Below are positions 1 through 10,357 of a DNA stretch of 64,000 nucleotides, piece by piece. A program made the translations under genes and the position numbers. The stretch is taken from NCBI GenBank assembly GCA_040285745.1, contig JAUFOR010000001.1:62001-126000 (forward strand), given 5' to 3'. This DNA comes from Barthelona sp. PCE. Lineage: Eukaryota. The first letter of the stretch is position 1; each line of letters opens with the position of its first letter. The notes beneath the pieces were generated by a model. It made no database searches, was not told the origin of the DNA, and saw nothing but the letters and a program-made list of their open reading frames with translations.

Positions 1-2422
1 ATCGAACGTAATCAGCGAATGAGACGAATCGATTATGGAGATACACCTGAATACCATATGCTTGTGAATCACCGGATACATGTAGCAAAGCTGTCACATC
101 ACTGAAAAAATCTAAAAACTTCTCTTCGAATTCACTAACGGAGTGTGCAAAATTATATAAAGGAAGACGGTAGGCCATACCATTTTCCTGTACCTTCTTA
201 CGTTCTGCTGAAAAACGTGTCATAGCAAGCCCAAAGCGTGTGCTGAAAAATTTGTCACGAGCAAAGTAAGGAGATTCTATTAATGAAGCAAGAGGAGGCC
301 GAAGATCTTTGTCATCAGCAATCATTCGCCGAATCAGGTTAACTGGCGCTCTTTTGATGAGATGATGCTCCCCCAGCGGAAGATTCGGACTGCACTCAAC
401 CGAGTACAGACGCATCAAAACATCACCGAGTTTTTGCACCAAGAAAGCCTGCTTTTCCTCATGTGAGCCAATGAAAGGAAGCATCTTTTCGAAAGGCACC
501 AGCCGCGGCAAGCCATGGGAATCAAGCACTGTATTTGTAGTATAGTTTTCAGATACGTAAGGGAATGTTTTAACCGACTCAAATAATGATGCTAGCTTAC
601 GCGCAATTATGTGGCGCCGGTTCAGCCCGAAACTTAACAGACTTTCAGTGATGAATTTGTGCAAAGACACACACTCTTCATAAGTTACGATCGCTCGCAT
701 ATCATCTCCCCATACAAACTGGACAGACTCCACGTCCAAAAACGCTGCACCCTCATATACATTGAGGTGATTGTCAACAGCGTCAACGATGGATGATGTG
801 CTCCACAAAACTGTATGGAATTTTCCTCCAAAAATCATCGTGCCTGTATGAGATACATCGATTGAACACAGTGTCTGTGCAACATGTTTCGTCAAGGGTA
901 CGCGCTGAATGATTCTGTCGATATTTGGCGCTTGAAAACTCTCTGCAATGGAAACAGCCCTGACCAGCAAAAAAATACGATCATAAAAAGTCGATACTGT
1001 ATCCAAACAGAGTGAGATGCAGCTAGATACAAATCCACGATGATACCACATCGCATGGCGCTCAAAAATGCATTTTTTCCGATCAATCTCAATTTTTAAC
1101 TCGTCTAACACTCCTGCATCCAGTGTTTCTGAGCCGAATCTAGATATAATCGTTTCTCTTTGCTCGTCCAGTCTGTTGCTGATGGTTTTTGATATCAATG
1201 CAAACTCCTCACAATCTCTCAGAACATAAATCATTCGATTGAGCTGCAAATCAGACAAATTACATCGGTGCCATGCCCTACAGGCATCATATAGCGGAGA
1301 AAGCTTCTCAACCAACTGACTGCGCAATTTGTAGCGCTGCGACTCGCAAGCTGGACCTACAATGTTATCAAGAGAGTCGGCCAAAACTGTTGACAAATGG
1401 CATATGTGATCACAGCCGAACTTGGCTGCAACTACATTCAACTGACTACGGAACGATACTATACTGTCCAAAACATCCAGTGTGTCTCCGATTTCGCTTT
1501 CTATATGAATCATCTCTGATGGGCTTGATGGTAACACAAACTCAGCGGGAGCCATCCCACTCACCTCCCGCATACAGTTCTCTACAGTGTCAAAAAAGCG
1601 CTGAATTGAGCTCTCGGTGGCATTCTTCTCGGCTGCTGTAAACACAGATTCACATAACTGATGATAGATCTCATTGATCTGCCTTGCCCTTGTTTCGTAT
1701 GTGCTGCGACCCTGCTCGATGGCTGTGTGTATAGAACTAGTGTCAAAAAAAGATTGAATCTTTCTAATCGCCTCACTCCCCGTGAGCTCGAGATTGTCCA
1801 AATGATGCAAACGCTCCACAAATGTGTCTGTGACAAACTCTCGCTTCTCTGCTTCGTACCATACCCTTGAATCACTGTCGAATGTAAAAGGAATGAATGA
1901 AAACGCCAATATATCGTTGCGTAATGACGCATCGAAAAAGCTTGGGATATCTAGTGTATTGACATACTCACAACGATGAAAGCAGTGGACGCTGGGGCAG
2001 TCAACTATAAATGCCGATTCTCGATCTATGCCAATGAAATCAACAGATGAAACAAGAAAATTCGCGTAAATCAATAATTCGAGCGATTTAAGATCAACAA
2101 TCACAAGAGATGCCTCCCCGCAGACACATATATACTCCTTAAACAAGAAAATTCGTGAAATTAATCCTACAGCTTCTGTGAAACTTGCAGAATTTATAGA
2201 ATTTGTACTAGAATAACCACAAAACAGTGTAGTAAGATCTGCTGATGCGTATGCAAAGGCCAGCTTGTGTTTCACAAAGTGTTTGATCTGCCCAACCCGC
2301 TTGGTATCTGTAAACAAAAACTGCCCAGCTTCTGTTTGTACAAACTTATGTTTTTCATTCTCTAATAAGAGCATGCGCCCTTGAATCCCCAAATCCTCAT
2401 GATTTTTATGCCTGCTGGACAT
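1..2422 (-). CDS. Large protein (>807 aa, runs off window) containing a degenerate protein-kinase (pseudokinase) domain
   Basis: Manual translation from ATG 2422 (MSSRHKNHED...) stays open to position 1; not in the ORF track. Kinase-like segments: AIVTYEECVSLHKFI, RRHIIARKLASLFESV, NTVLDSHGLPRLVPF, NLIRRMIADDKDLRPPLASLIESPYF. Confidence 0.75.
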   Translation of the reverse strand, partial: MSSRHKNHEDLGIQGRMLLLENEKHKFVQTEAGQFLFTDTKRVGQIKHFVKHKLAFAYASADLTTLFCGYSSTNSINSASFTEAVGLISRIFLFKEYICVCGEASLVIVDLKSLELLIYANFLVSSVDFIGIDRESAFIVDCPSVHCFHRCEYVNTLDIPSFFDASLRNDILAFSFIPFTFDSDSRVWYEAEKREFVTDTFVERLHHLDNLELTGSEAIRKIQSFFDTSSIHTAIEQGRSTYETRARQINEIYHQLCESVFTAAEKNATESSIQRFFDTVENCMREVSGMAPAEFVLPSSPSEMIHIESEIGDTLDVLDSIVSFRSQLNVVAAKFGCDHICHLSTVLADSLDNIVGPACESQRYKLRSQLVEKLSPLYDACRAWHRCNLSDLQLNRMIYVLRDCEEFALISKTISNRLDEQRETIISRFGSETLDAGVLDELKIEIDRKKCIFERHAMWYHRGFVSSCISLCLDTVSTFYDRIFLLVRAVSIAESFQAPNIDRIIQRVPLTKHVAQTLCSIDVSHTGTMIFGGKFHTVLWSTSSIVDAVDNHLNVYEGAAFLDVESVQFVWGDDMRAIVTYEECVSLHKFITESLLSFGLNRRHIIARKLASLFESVKTFPYVSENYTTNTVLDSHGLPRLVPFEKMLPFIGSHEEKQAFLVQKLGDVLMRLYSVECSPNLPLGEHHLIKRAPVNLIRRMIADDKDLRPPLASLIESPYFARDKFFSTRFGLAMTRFSAERKKVQENGMAYRLPLYNFAHSVSEFEEKFLDFFSDVTALLHVSGDSQAYGIQVYLHNRFVSFADYVR

Positions 2423-2483
2423 GAATTAAGATATAGTACTAAGAACAAGATTACTCCTCTTCTAACCTATTACTGCACATTTA

Positions 2484-3467
2484 ATGGCTTCCACCACCAC
2501 AGAACTGGATAATATTGTCCCTATTGATACTTCTGGTATCATTCCTTATGAAAGAGAAACAGATTTTTACATTGAAATACCTATGCTTGCTCCTGCAGCT
2601 CCTCAGACAATTAAAACGAGATACCGTCTCACGAACGGCCAGATTCAGGACGACAGCAGACCCATAGTCGTTGTTCTACACGGTTTTTGTTCGTCACTTA
2701 CTTTAATGCAAATTATATGCGATAGTATCTCGGATACACTTGACGCTACGGTCCTCTCCATTGATCTGCCAAACCATGGTTTCACAGATTTCTCTACTGA
2801 AGAAAACATTAACGCAGGCTTCTTTGTCCAGTTTCTTAATGCTTTCTTCGAAGCTGTTAATCTAAACAGACCATACTATCTTTTTGGGCACTCGATGGGT
2901 GGTGCAATCTGTACAGCGTTCGCTGCAGATCAACTCTCCCGCGCAGAGACACACCTCAAGGGAATAATGCTAAGCGCAGCTGCTGGTCTCGTTGTACATG
3001 GACACGACAGTTGGGGCATGCGCCGCGTGCAGTCCAATGGTATGTTTGGCAAGTTCCTGTTCGCCATTGTGGCTAGAAAATTTTTCAGAAAAATGGTCAA
3101 CGAAGAGCTATTAGTTAAGTATAGCGGCACTGCAAAAGCTGATTGGTACGACTATCTATTCGAGCGTCGGGGGTTCCGCCCGATTAGGAGAAAGATGCGT
3201 GACATCATCGCTACATTTGAGTGGGATGGTCTTGGTCCTCAGGCTGAAATTATTGGTGGACACCCCGAGTTCCCAGTCATGTATTTCTACGCAGACCAGG
3301 ACAATCTTCTCTCCGAAGAAGAGGTCAATTCTGTTTGGAAGGCTGCCATTCCTCAGCTTCAAATCGAAGTCTTGAGAAACCACCCTCACGATGTCTATCT
3401 CAGTTGCCCTGTTAAGGTCGGTCAAGTTGCTGCTGGTTTTGTTGCTGAATCTCTGTCAAAGTCATAG
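2484..3467 (+). CDS. Alpha/beta-hydrolase fold protein (lipase/esterase-like)
   Basis: VVVLHGF oxyanion motif, IDLPNHG, nucleophile elbow GHSMGG, candidate catalytic Asp (DQD) and His (HPHD). Confidence 0.9.
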   Translation: MASTTTELDNIVPIDTSGIIPYERETDFYIEIPMLAPAAPQTIKTRYRLTNGQIQDDSRPIVVVLHGFCSSLTLMQIICDSISDTLDATVLSIDLPNHGFTDFSTEENINAGFFVQFLNAFFEAVNLNRPYYLFGHSMGGAICTAFAADQLSRAETHLKGIMLSAAAGLVVHGHDSWGMRRVQSNGMFGKFLFAIVARKFFRKMVNEELLVKYSGTAKADWYDYLFERRGFRPIRRKMRDIIATFEWDGLGPQAEIIGGHPEFPVMYFYADQDNLLSEEEVNSVWKAAIPQLQIEVLRNHPHDVYLSCPVKVGQVAAGFVAESLSKS

Positions 3468-3859
3468 TGAATTGCTTCAAGCACATCCCAACAAAAGTCA
3501 TTGAACCCTGTATTGAGTTCTCGGTACTCCATAAGTTCCTGGAGAGGCTTTTCGTGGTTGTAAATCGTCTTTATGATTTTTTTAAGATCATCGTCTCTTA
3601 GCTGATCTGAAACCAACTTGCTTTCAAGCGCCATACCAAGACGTTGATCACTGATGTAGTCTGCTGAATCAATGACATCCTCATCCGTTCCTGTACCTTC
3701 TGTGACATTTGTTTCTGACTGTTCCTCAACAATAGGAACACAAACTGCACTCCCTTGATGCTCTTTAAAACATACCCCTGAGCAGTAGCCCCCGTGGCAC
3801 GTGGGACAGAGATACCGCGCCTTTTCAACACAGCACTGAATGCAAGTGTTTAATGACAT
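3422..3859 (-). CDS. ZNHIT3: Zinc finger HIT domain protein, ZNHIT3/Hit1-like (box C/D snoRNP assembly)
   Basis: CxxC...YLCPTC...YCSGVCFKEH zf-HIT plus a Hit1-type C-terminal helical domain (LRDDDLKKIIKTI...FNDFCWDVL). ATG 3859 (MSLNTC) preferred over 3880. Confidence 0.75.
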   Translation of the reverse strand: MSLNTCIQCCVEKARYLCPTCHGGYCSGVCFKEHQGSAVCVPIVEEQSETNVTEGTGTDEDVIDSADYISDQRLGMALESKLVSDQLRDDDLKKIIKTIYNHEKPLQELMEYRELNTGFNDFCWDVLEAIHYDFDRDSATKPAAT

Positions 3860-3924
3860 TGGGAAAAAAATCGTTTGCATTGCAATAAATTCATATCAAC
3901 ATTTATTCAATAATAAACACATAT

Positions 3925-4839
3925 TTACATCTGCGCACGTGATGGATTTCTACTCATTCTGCTCTCTGTCTCAGATTGCTCAATCTCAGACATTACATTA
4001 GCTTCCCACTGATCACTTCCATCAACCGTACGACCAAGTTTCTTAAAAAGCTGAGACAAAATACGTTCTGCAAACTTGGCGTTAACCGTTTCAGCCATAG
4101 AAAATTCACCAACAACATAGCTGTTAGTTCCCGACAGCAAAAGTCTATTTAAGCCAATTAGCTGGTTCAACTGTGCACCGAGCGTACCATCAGTCACCCT
4201 GTTAATAAGAGATCGATTGAGAGGAGAAAGTCTTCCAAAACCTTTAATATCACCCTCTGCTGTATACCAGACTTCAATCACATGACGAAGCTGTGGGTTG
4301 CCCAGGACGGTTTCGTTTCCGCGGACCTCATATAGAACGGCCTGCCATTTGAAGAAGACATTAAGATCATCAATCAAAGAATTTAAAGCATCGATAGAAT
4401 GATTCCCCAATTGTTTGGCTGATGTCAGCTCGTCTATGTCAATGTGTTCGATTGTATGTACCTCGACTGCATGTTTAATCACGTTCCCTATTGATAATGA
4501 GGATTTTTTCTTCTTCAAGGTTCGCTTCTGTTGTTCCTCCTGTTCTGCTTGGTGGCGTTCGACCTCCTTCTCGTGTTTATGGTACAGAGAGGTCGCTACT
4601 TCTCCCTGAGCTTCGACAACAAAGTTAAATTCTTCAACTAAATCAACGAGCTCTCTATCACGTGCTATAGCTGTTTTTAGATCTTTTAACAATGCTTTGC
4701 ACGCATCCATGCGTCCTTTAAGAAATTCAAAGGTCTGTGGATTGTTTAAAGCAGAAAAAGATATGTTCAAAAGAGTTTGAAGCTCATCTGTTTGATTCCT
4801 TGCCCTGGTGACAAGCTCATCGTACGGATTCACATCCAT
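3925..4839 (-). CDS. SKA1: SKA1-like kinetochore protein (tentative)
   Basis: N-terminal ~90-aa coiled coil, basic linker, then IEHIDIDEL...SIDALNSLIDDLN...AEGDIKG...LNQLIGLNRL...SYVV, which parallels the SKA1 microtubule-binding domain. First true ATG at 4839. Confidence 0.55.
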   Translation of the reverse strand: MDVNPYDELVTRARNQTDELQTLLNISFSALNNPQTFEFLKGRMDACKALLKDLKTAIARDRELVDLVEEFNFVVEAQGEVATSLYHKHEKEVERHQAEQEEQQKRTLKKKKSSLSIGNVIKHAVEVHTIEHIDIDELTSAKQLGNHSIDALNSLIDDLNVFFKWQAVLYEVRGNETVLGNPQLRHVIEVWYTAEGDIKGFGRLSPLNRSLINRVTDGTLGAQLNQLIGLNRLLLSGTNSYVVGEFSMAETVNAKFAERILSQLFKKLGRTVDGSDQWEANVMSEIEQSETESRMSRNPSRAQM

Positions 4840-4879
4840 TGAATCCTGGAAGAGTGAAAAAACTGAAAACAAAATTTAC

Positions 4880-7800
4880 TTAAAACTTAAAGAGTTTGGT
4901 GGATGGTAAACACACAGTAATCTTTGCGCGCTTAGCCGGGAACTGACCTTTCTTGACACCTGCCACAATCCGACCACGAAGATGGTTAAAATTCTTTAAT
5001 GACTTATCTACAGGAACTGTGAGAAAGAACCTGAACCCCTCAGGCATAGTCTTGTACATGTTTTGAAGGATTTTGGTAGACTCAAACCTCTCGTTATTAA
5101 TACGTCCGTACCTTAATAGTGAAAGAACACCACCAACATATCTTGCACGATCCTGTTCATCCTCAATAGCACTGACAAAATCAAACGCAGCCATGTAGTC
5201 ATCCTCAGTAATCTGAACTTTGTAAGGAATAATGGAACTGAAGTGATCAATACTGACTATGAATTCAGGAAAATGATCAGTGCAAACTGCGTAGACTTCC
5301 TTCACAACATCAGTCATATTCGAGTGTTTGTATGCTATCATATTGATTAAACTATAAATATCTGTGTTGTAGCCCTCCGGAACATGAACACGCAAAAATA
5401 TGGCAAGCTTAACACCAAAACTGTAAAATTTCTTCACATCCATTACTGCAGCTGGTTCCCCTTCAGCTGCCAACGCGAAATCTACAGGAGTGGTGTTACA
5501 TGCAAGTAATTCAGCGAAAGACATGCACTTCGGTGTTTTTGGGTGTATAAATTCATTGCGCTCCTCCTTGGATAACAACGGATACTTCATAATGTAGCTC
5601 ATCATATCTTCGTGATAGTTATTGACAGCGTCAATGAGAGGGCATAGCATATCAAACATAATCTGATCATCATCATAATGCAAATAGCAAGCATAGAACA
5701 TCGTCGAGAATAAATTGGGAGCGCATTCAACAACAGTTTTCAGATTATTGGCGATCCACTCAAAAACTTCTTCGTGGATTGTGATGGAAGAATTCCTGCA
5801 CTGACCATTGAATGTTTGGTACAATGAGTACAGAACCTGATTACGACTCGGTTTCTTTGTGGATGTCTCCTTGAAGGACAAAATGGGTAAAAACCAATGG
5901 TGTGCAATGACGCTGTATATCTCGCCATAAGTCTTCTTATCAGTGCATGCATCAATCTTTCCGACAGTGTTAATGATGGAATCAACAATCTTAGATGAAA
6001 AAGGGAAGCCGCGACAGGCCGCACCCAGTACTCTCCAAAACCGACCCTTGAATATCTCATTACTCCATCCCGAAACAGTGACAACGTCCATTATACGCTC
6101 AGAACAGAAGTTCACGAGCAGTAGACGAATATCGATACCGACACGGCGGTTCCACAACTCGTGAATGAATTCGGACACATCAATAGTGCGTGTGAGCTTA
6201 GAGAGCAATCCTATAATCCCAACAATCATCTTGGTTGCCGTGATACCAAGGTTGTCTCCATCGTTCCGAACAGTATCGATCAATTGGTTTGCAAGAGCAG
6301 TGCGGTCACCATCGGAACATGAGTATGCATAGCCATCGAGGAAGGGTCGAGCAAGGGGGGCTGTCTTGTTGTCCATGAGCAACGGGATGAGCAACTCTAT
6401 ATCCGCGTTACGACCGATCAATGAAATGATGGAAGACACAACTCTGTTCAATTCCTCTGGGAAGTCGTTATCAATGCGAATACAATCTGCAATGGCCTTA
6501 CGTTCCTCATCCGTAAAATGAACAGTACACACGCGTTGCAAGTAACCTAATGGGCGAATGCAGTCGTACCAGAATGTAGATAGCTCACTTTCTTTGAGAC
6601 TAAGTCTATAGTACTTATTTTGCTTTTCATCCTGGAGCTTGCCTAAATCTTCATCGGTTGTTGCGTCCTCTGTCGGGTTGCCTTCTTCGTCCACTTTGTT
6701 CAAGGTTTTGTTGCACTCAACCAAGAGTCTCAAGGCCTCTACGTGCTCGTCACTCATCTTCTGCCACTTGACGATCTCTGGTAGTTTCTCAAAAAACTGC
6801 GTCTTCAACTCCTTGGATAACCCATCTACCTCAAGGTAACGAGCCATCCTCAATGGGTTCGCTTTCATATACAAGATATAATTGGAAATTGATGAAATGG
6901 TGATGGTGGGATGAAGCTTCTGAGAGAGGAATATCTCTGCCAGGTTTGTTCTGCGTTTGAAAATACGCTCCCTAGGTTTGGCAAGGGTGGGAAGAGGGCG
7001 ATGTTTTTTCTCTTCGTTAAACACATTCAATTCATTAAAGGCCATTAAACGACGAAGGAAAGGTAAAGTCTGTTGAGCCTTTTCAAAGATAAACTCCAAC
7101 CCCAGAGCATCGATCATCGCAAGATTGCGGTGGACATAACGCTTGTTCTTGTAGTCTTTTACCATACATCCGTCCAAATTAGTAACAAACCTGACAAACA
7201 TATTCTGCAAGGGATTAACTACACTAACAAAATCGGCATCAGCCAAGAGTTTGTGCCAAAACTCGGCCCATCCTTCAATGTTAATTGTTGGCTCGGTGTC
7301 ACAAATACCGTCGTACGCTTTCTGAGTGGTCTTGAGACTGTGAAATTCACCACGTGTCTTGACGCGATTGTAACGTTCTAGATCTCGGAACGAGTATGAA
7401 TACTCCTCCTGGAATTCCTTGTTGTAGACAATTGTATCATACAAAGAAGGATAAATATTGAAGAGCATCTCTGCCCTCAATTTCAAAGTAACAATGCGTT
7501 TAACGTATTGAACACACTCATCAATGCTGAAATCCTCGTATTCGCCCCTGATGGTCTTGTTAATGACTTTGTATAATAAACCGAAAGGGGGCAACAAGAA
7601 CATGTTCTTTGATATTTGCGAAAATTTAAACAACAACTCAAAAACTTCAAAGTTGCGTTCTCCCTTCAGCACCTCTTCTCGGGTCAAAACGAATTCCTTT
7701 GCTGATCTCCACTGGTCGTTATAACATGGTGTGTGAACCGTTGAGTCATACCGTTGATTAATGATTGAAATAATGTAATTAATTACCTTGAGCACATTAT

Positions 7801-9238
7801 CACCTCCAAAGTGAACATAATGCAGTAAAATACAAATAAGATATATATTTCGTACGTTGTTGGTCTCCTCCATCATCAGAGGGTAATCGCGTTTCATGAC
7901 CAAAGCCAGAATCGGATCGACCATAATCTTCCGTCCCAACAAATTAATCTCAACCTTCTCCATCTCATCAGTGCGGGTATATGGGTAAAATTCAAGCAGA
8001 TATTGACACAGCCTACTGGGATCCCCTCCAAGCTCACCCTCAGTTACGTCAGATGCAAAGAGACGGGTGAAGTACCTCGTGCAGAAGTCAACATACATTT
8101 CCTTACACAGACTGTTATGACTTGAGATTTTATAATTGACTTTACGAAGCTGGACAACGTTGTCGTACATTGTTTTCTTGAAATCACACAAACGATCCAG
8201 GTCGGCATCCATCCTCTTCTGAAACATACGAATGATGAATGATCCTGGAACGTACCTACCCCTTGTATAGTAGTTATCCAGGCAAAAGAATGAATTATCC
8301 AGGGAGAAATTCTCCCCCTCAATCATTTTATCAATGGCTGTTGCATCAATGGACACAAAAAAATCATAAAACGTTTGAGTAAGAACCAGCTTCTTCTTAT
8401 GAACAACAACCTGTTCAACCAAGTAGTCGACTACAGCCTGTGGGTCCCTCAGAACATAACGATTATAGACCATATACTTTAGGTGATCAAGACAAGCAAT
8501 ATTGAACTTCAAATTGCCATAAAAGGTCCAGAGTATGTAATCGACGAGGCCTTGGAATATGACACCCTTTTTTGTGTACTCTGCAATGAACATGTCAATT
8601 ATAGCAGGTGTACGCATGATGTATCTGATCAGGATCTGAGGAATCTCCATTAGAAAACGACTGTTCTCAACCTTGATGATACGGTTCCAGAGGAAGTCAA
8701 AGGTACCCTCCAAGAGGCGTGGCTGTTCGGAGAAGACGGATTTAAGCTGGTACGCACTGTTATTGAATCCATCATTGAGAACCTTCCAGATGAGTTCTGC
8801 TGAACATCCAGGAAGAATTTTTTCCTGTTCCTGAGGAACAAAGCCCTCTGTGGTGTAAATCAGATCACATTGCTTCGTGAAACGACCTTTTGACCGAGAG
8901 AGACGAGTAATAACACGGTTACGTAAACTTAATTTGCAGTTCAGAAGAATAGAGATGAGGTCATCCCTGTTGACGAACCAAGCAAAGACCTTGGGAAAGT
9001 AGAAACACTTTAATGTGGCACGAGCGGTATGAGGACAAACAGTCTTATTGAATAACTGCAGTAAGCGTTCGTATTGTTTTGTGAGACGAAGCACGGTGAT
9101 AAAAGCTATCTTACGTTTGAGATTCCATTGGACATCAAACTCAAAGTCCACAGGATGTTCCTTTATGAAAGCTGCAAGTTCATTTAAAAGCTTGGTTTTA
9201 ACACTTAAAGAATCACAGATGGTAAGAAAAGTATCCAT
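4880..9238 (-). CDS. Large uncharacterised, probably alpha-helical protein (~1450 aa)
   Basis: 4.4-kb uninterrupted ORF, first ATG 9238 (MDTFLTIC); no motif recognised. Confidence 0.85.
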   Translation of the reverse strand: MDTFLTICDSLSVKTKLLNELAAFIKEHPVDFEFDVQWNLKRKIAFITVLRLTKQYERLLQLFNKTVCPHTARATLKCFYFPKVFAWFVNRDDLISILLNCKLSLRNRVITRLSRSKGRFTKQCDLIYTTEGFVPQEQEKILPGCSAELIWKVLNDGFNNSAYQLKSVFSEQPRLLEGTFDFLWNRIIKVENSRFLMEIPQILIRYIMRTPAIIDMFIAEYTKKGVIFQGLVDYILWTFYGNLKFNIACLDHLKYMVYNRYVLRDPQAVVDYLVEQVVVHKKKLVLTQTFYDFFVSIDATAIDKMIEGENFSLDNSFFCLDNYYTRGRYVPGSFIIRMFQKRMDADLDRLCDFKKTMYDNVVQLRKVNYKISSHNSLCKEMYVDFCTRYFTRLFASDVTEGELGGDPSRLCQYLLEFYPYTRTDEMEKVEINLLGRKIMVDPILALVMKRDYPLMMEETNNVRNIYLICILLHYVHFGGDNVLKVINYIISIINQRYDSTVHTPCYNDQWRSAKEFVLTREEVLKGERNFEVFELLFKFSQISKNMFLLPPFGLLYKVINKTIRGEYEDFSIDECVQYVKRIVTLKLRAEMLFNIYPSLYDTIVYNKEFQEEYSYSFRDLERYNRVKTRGEFHSLKTTQKAYDGICDTEPTINIEGWAEFWHKLLADADFVSVVNPLQNMFVRFVTNLDGCMVKDYKNKRYVHRNLAMIDALGLEFIFEKAQQTLPFLRRLMAFNELNVFNEEKKHRPLPTLAKPRERIFKRRTNLAEIFLSQKLHPTITISSISNYILYMKANPLRMARYLEVDGLSKELKTQFFEKLPEIVKWQKMSDEHVEALRLLVECNKTLNKVDEEGNPTEDATTDEDLGKLQDEKQNKYYRLSLKESELSTFWYDCIRPLGYLQRVCTVHFTDEERKAIADCIRIDNDFPEELNRVVSSIISLIGRNADIELLIPLLMDNKTAPLARPFLDGYAYSCSDGDRTALANQLIDTVRNDGDNLGITATKMIVGIIGLLSKLTRTIDVSEFIHELWNRRVGIDIRLLLVNFCSERIMDVVTVSGWSNEIFKGRFWRVLGAACRGFPFSSKIVDSIINTVGKIDACTDKKTYGEIYSVIAHHWFLPILSFKETSTKKPSRNQVLYSLYQTFNGQCRNSSITIHEEVFEWIANNLKTVVECAPNLFSTMFYACYLHYDDDQIMFDMLCPLIDAVNNYHEDMMSYIMKYPLLSKEERNEFIHPKTPKCMSFAELLACNTTPVDFALAAEGEPAAVMDVKKFYSFGVKLAIFLRVHVPEGYNTDIYSLINMIAYKHSNMTDVVKEVYAVCTDHFPEFIVSIDHFSSIIPYKVQITEDDYMAAFDFVSAIEDEQDRARYVGGVLSLLRYGRINNERFESTKILQNMYKTMPEGFRFFLTVPVDKSLKNFNHLRGRIVAGVKKGQFPAKRAKITVCLPSTKLFKF

Positions 9239-9379
9239 TATGTATTGAAAATTGGTGAGCAAAGAAGAAAAAAGTTAAGCATGAAACAAATGGCTCAAAT
9301 ACTTCAACTGACGTTTTTGTGATCAATTACCAGGGTTACTGTTCAAGGTAACTTCAATTCACAAAATGGCACAAAATAT

Positions 9380-10177
9380 TTATTTAAAACCACCACTCAG
9401 CATTTTTATGTTACTAAATGGAATATCTGTATCTTCAATGACCTCTCTGATACTGAGAGTTAACATTTTTTCATAAATGTTAAGCATTATTGTCATTTCT
9501 TCAAATAACTCTGAAGAAATCCCCTTTTCAGTTGCTGATTCAATGTAAGGCCCCATAACCTTGTCGTCGAAATATAAATCATCTTCTAAATCCCCAAACG
9601 TAATAATAAGAAAATATAGAGATACTATTTCTCGTAACCAACCAAATTTTGTTTTGTTTTTAAGCAAATAATTTCTCATTTTCGAAAATAGAACATAGTT
9701 CATGTCTATCAACATCAAACGTAGAATACCATGAAAAAACGAAAAATCCAAAACAACGTTGAACTGATCCACGTATTCCATGATCAGTTTCGCGGCAACC
9801 AACAACAGCCTGAAATCCTTAACTGATACATCAGACTGAAAATGATTGCACACATAAACAAAAGTATGAAAAAATCCTCTGTGAATTATTTCACTGTTTT
9901 CTCCCATTGCCTCATCAAGTGCTGTGCAAATTACAATGTATTCTTGACGTAAATACTCTATTAAAACAGAAAAATCTACGCTATCCTGTAAATATTTAAC
10001 AAACTCAACATCAGACATATGAAATGCCCTGAACATCCCACATATTGTATCAAAACTATACTCAGAAAGCGGTGTAGTTGATTCTTCAGTTTCACTAACC
10101 TCATTCTCTGCTTCTGCCTTGATGATTGGCCTCCAACAGTCGAAATCGTCATCAGAATCATCCCAATCGTTCATCAT
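9380..10177 (-). CDS. Hypothetical protein (265 aa, acidic N-terminus, helical)
   Basis: Long ORF with ATG start occupying the gap between neighbours. Confidence 0.75.
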   Translation of the reverse strand: MMNDWDDSDDDFDCWRPIIKAEAENEVSETEESTTPLSEYSFDTICGMFRAFHMSDVEFVKYLQDSVDFSVLIEYLRQEYIVICTALDEAMGENSEIIHRGFFHTFVYVCNHFQSDVSVKDFRLLLVAAKLIMEYVDQFNVVLDFSFFHGILRLMLIDMNYVLFSKMRNYLLKNKTKFGWLREIVSLYFLIITFGDLEDDLYFDDKVMGPYIESATEKGISSELFEEMTIMLNIYEKMLTLSIREVIEDTDIPFSNIKMLSGGFK

Positions 10178-10357
10178 TGTGCCAAAAAAGAAGAAATCGA
10201 AACAACACTTACTACCTGTATTGTTGCAAAAAAAAATAGAACCATCAGTGTTTAAAATCTTACTTTATCCATATAATCCAATTAAAGACGTAAAATATTG
10301 TTTTTGAATAACATTTCCTTTTCCATTTTTTTTTCTCGCATCACAATTTGGGTTTTA

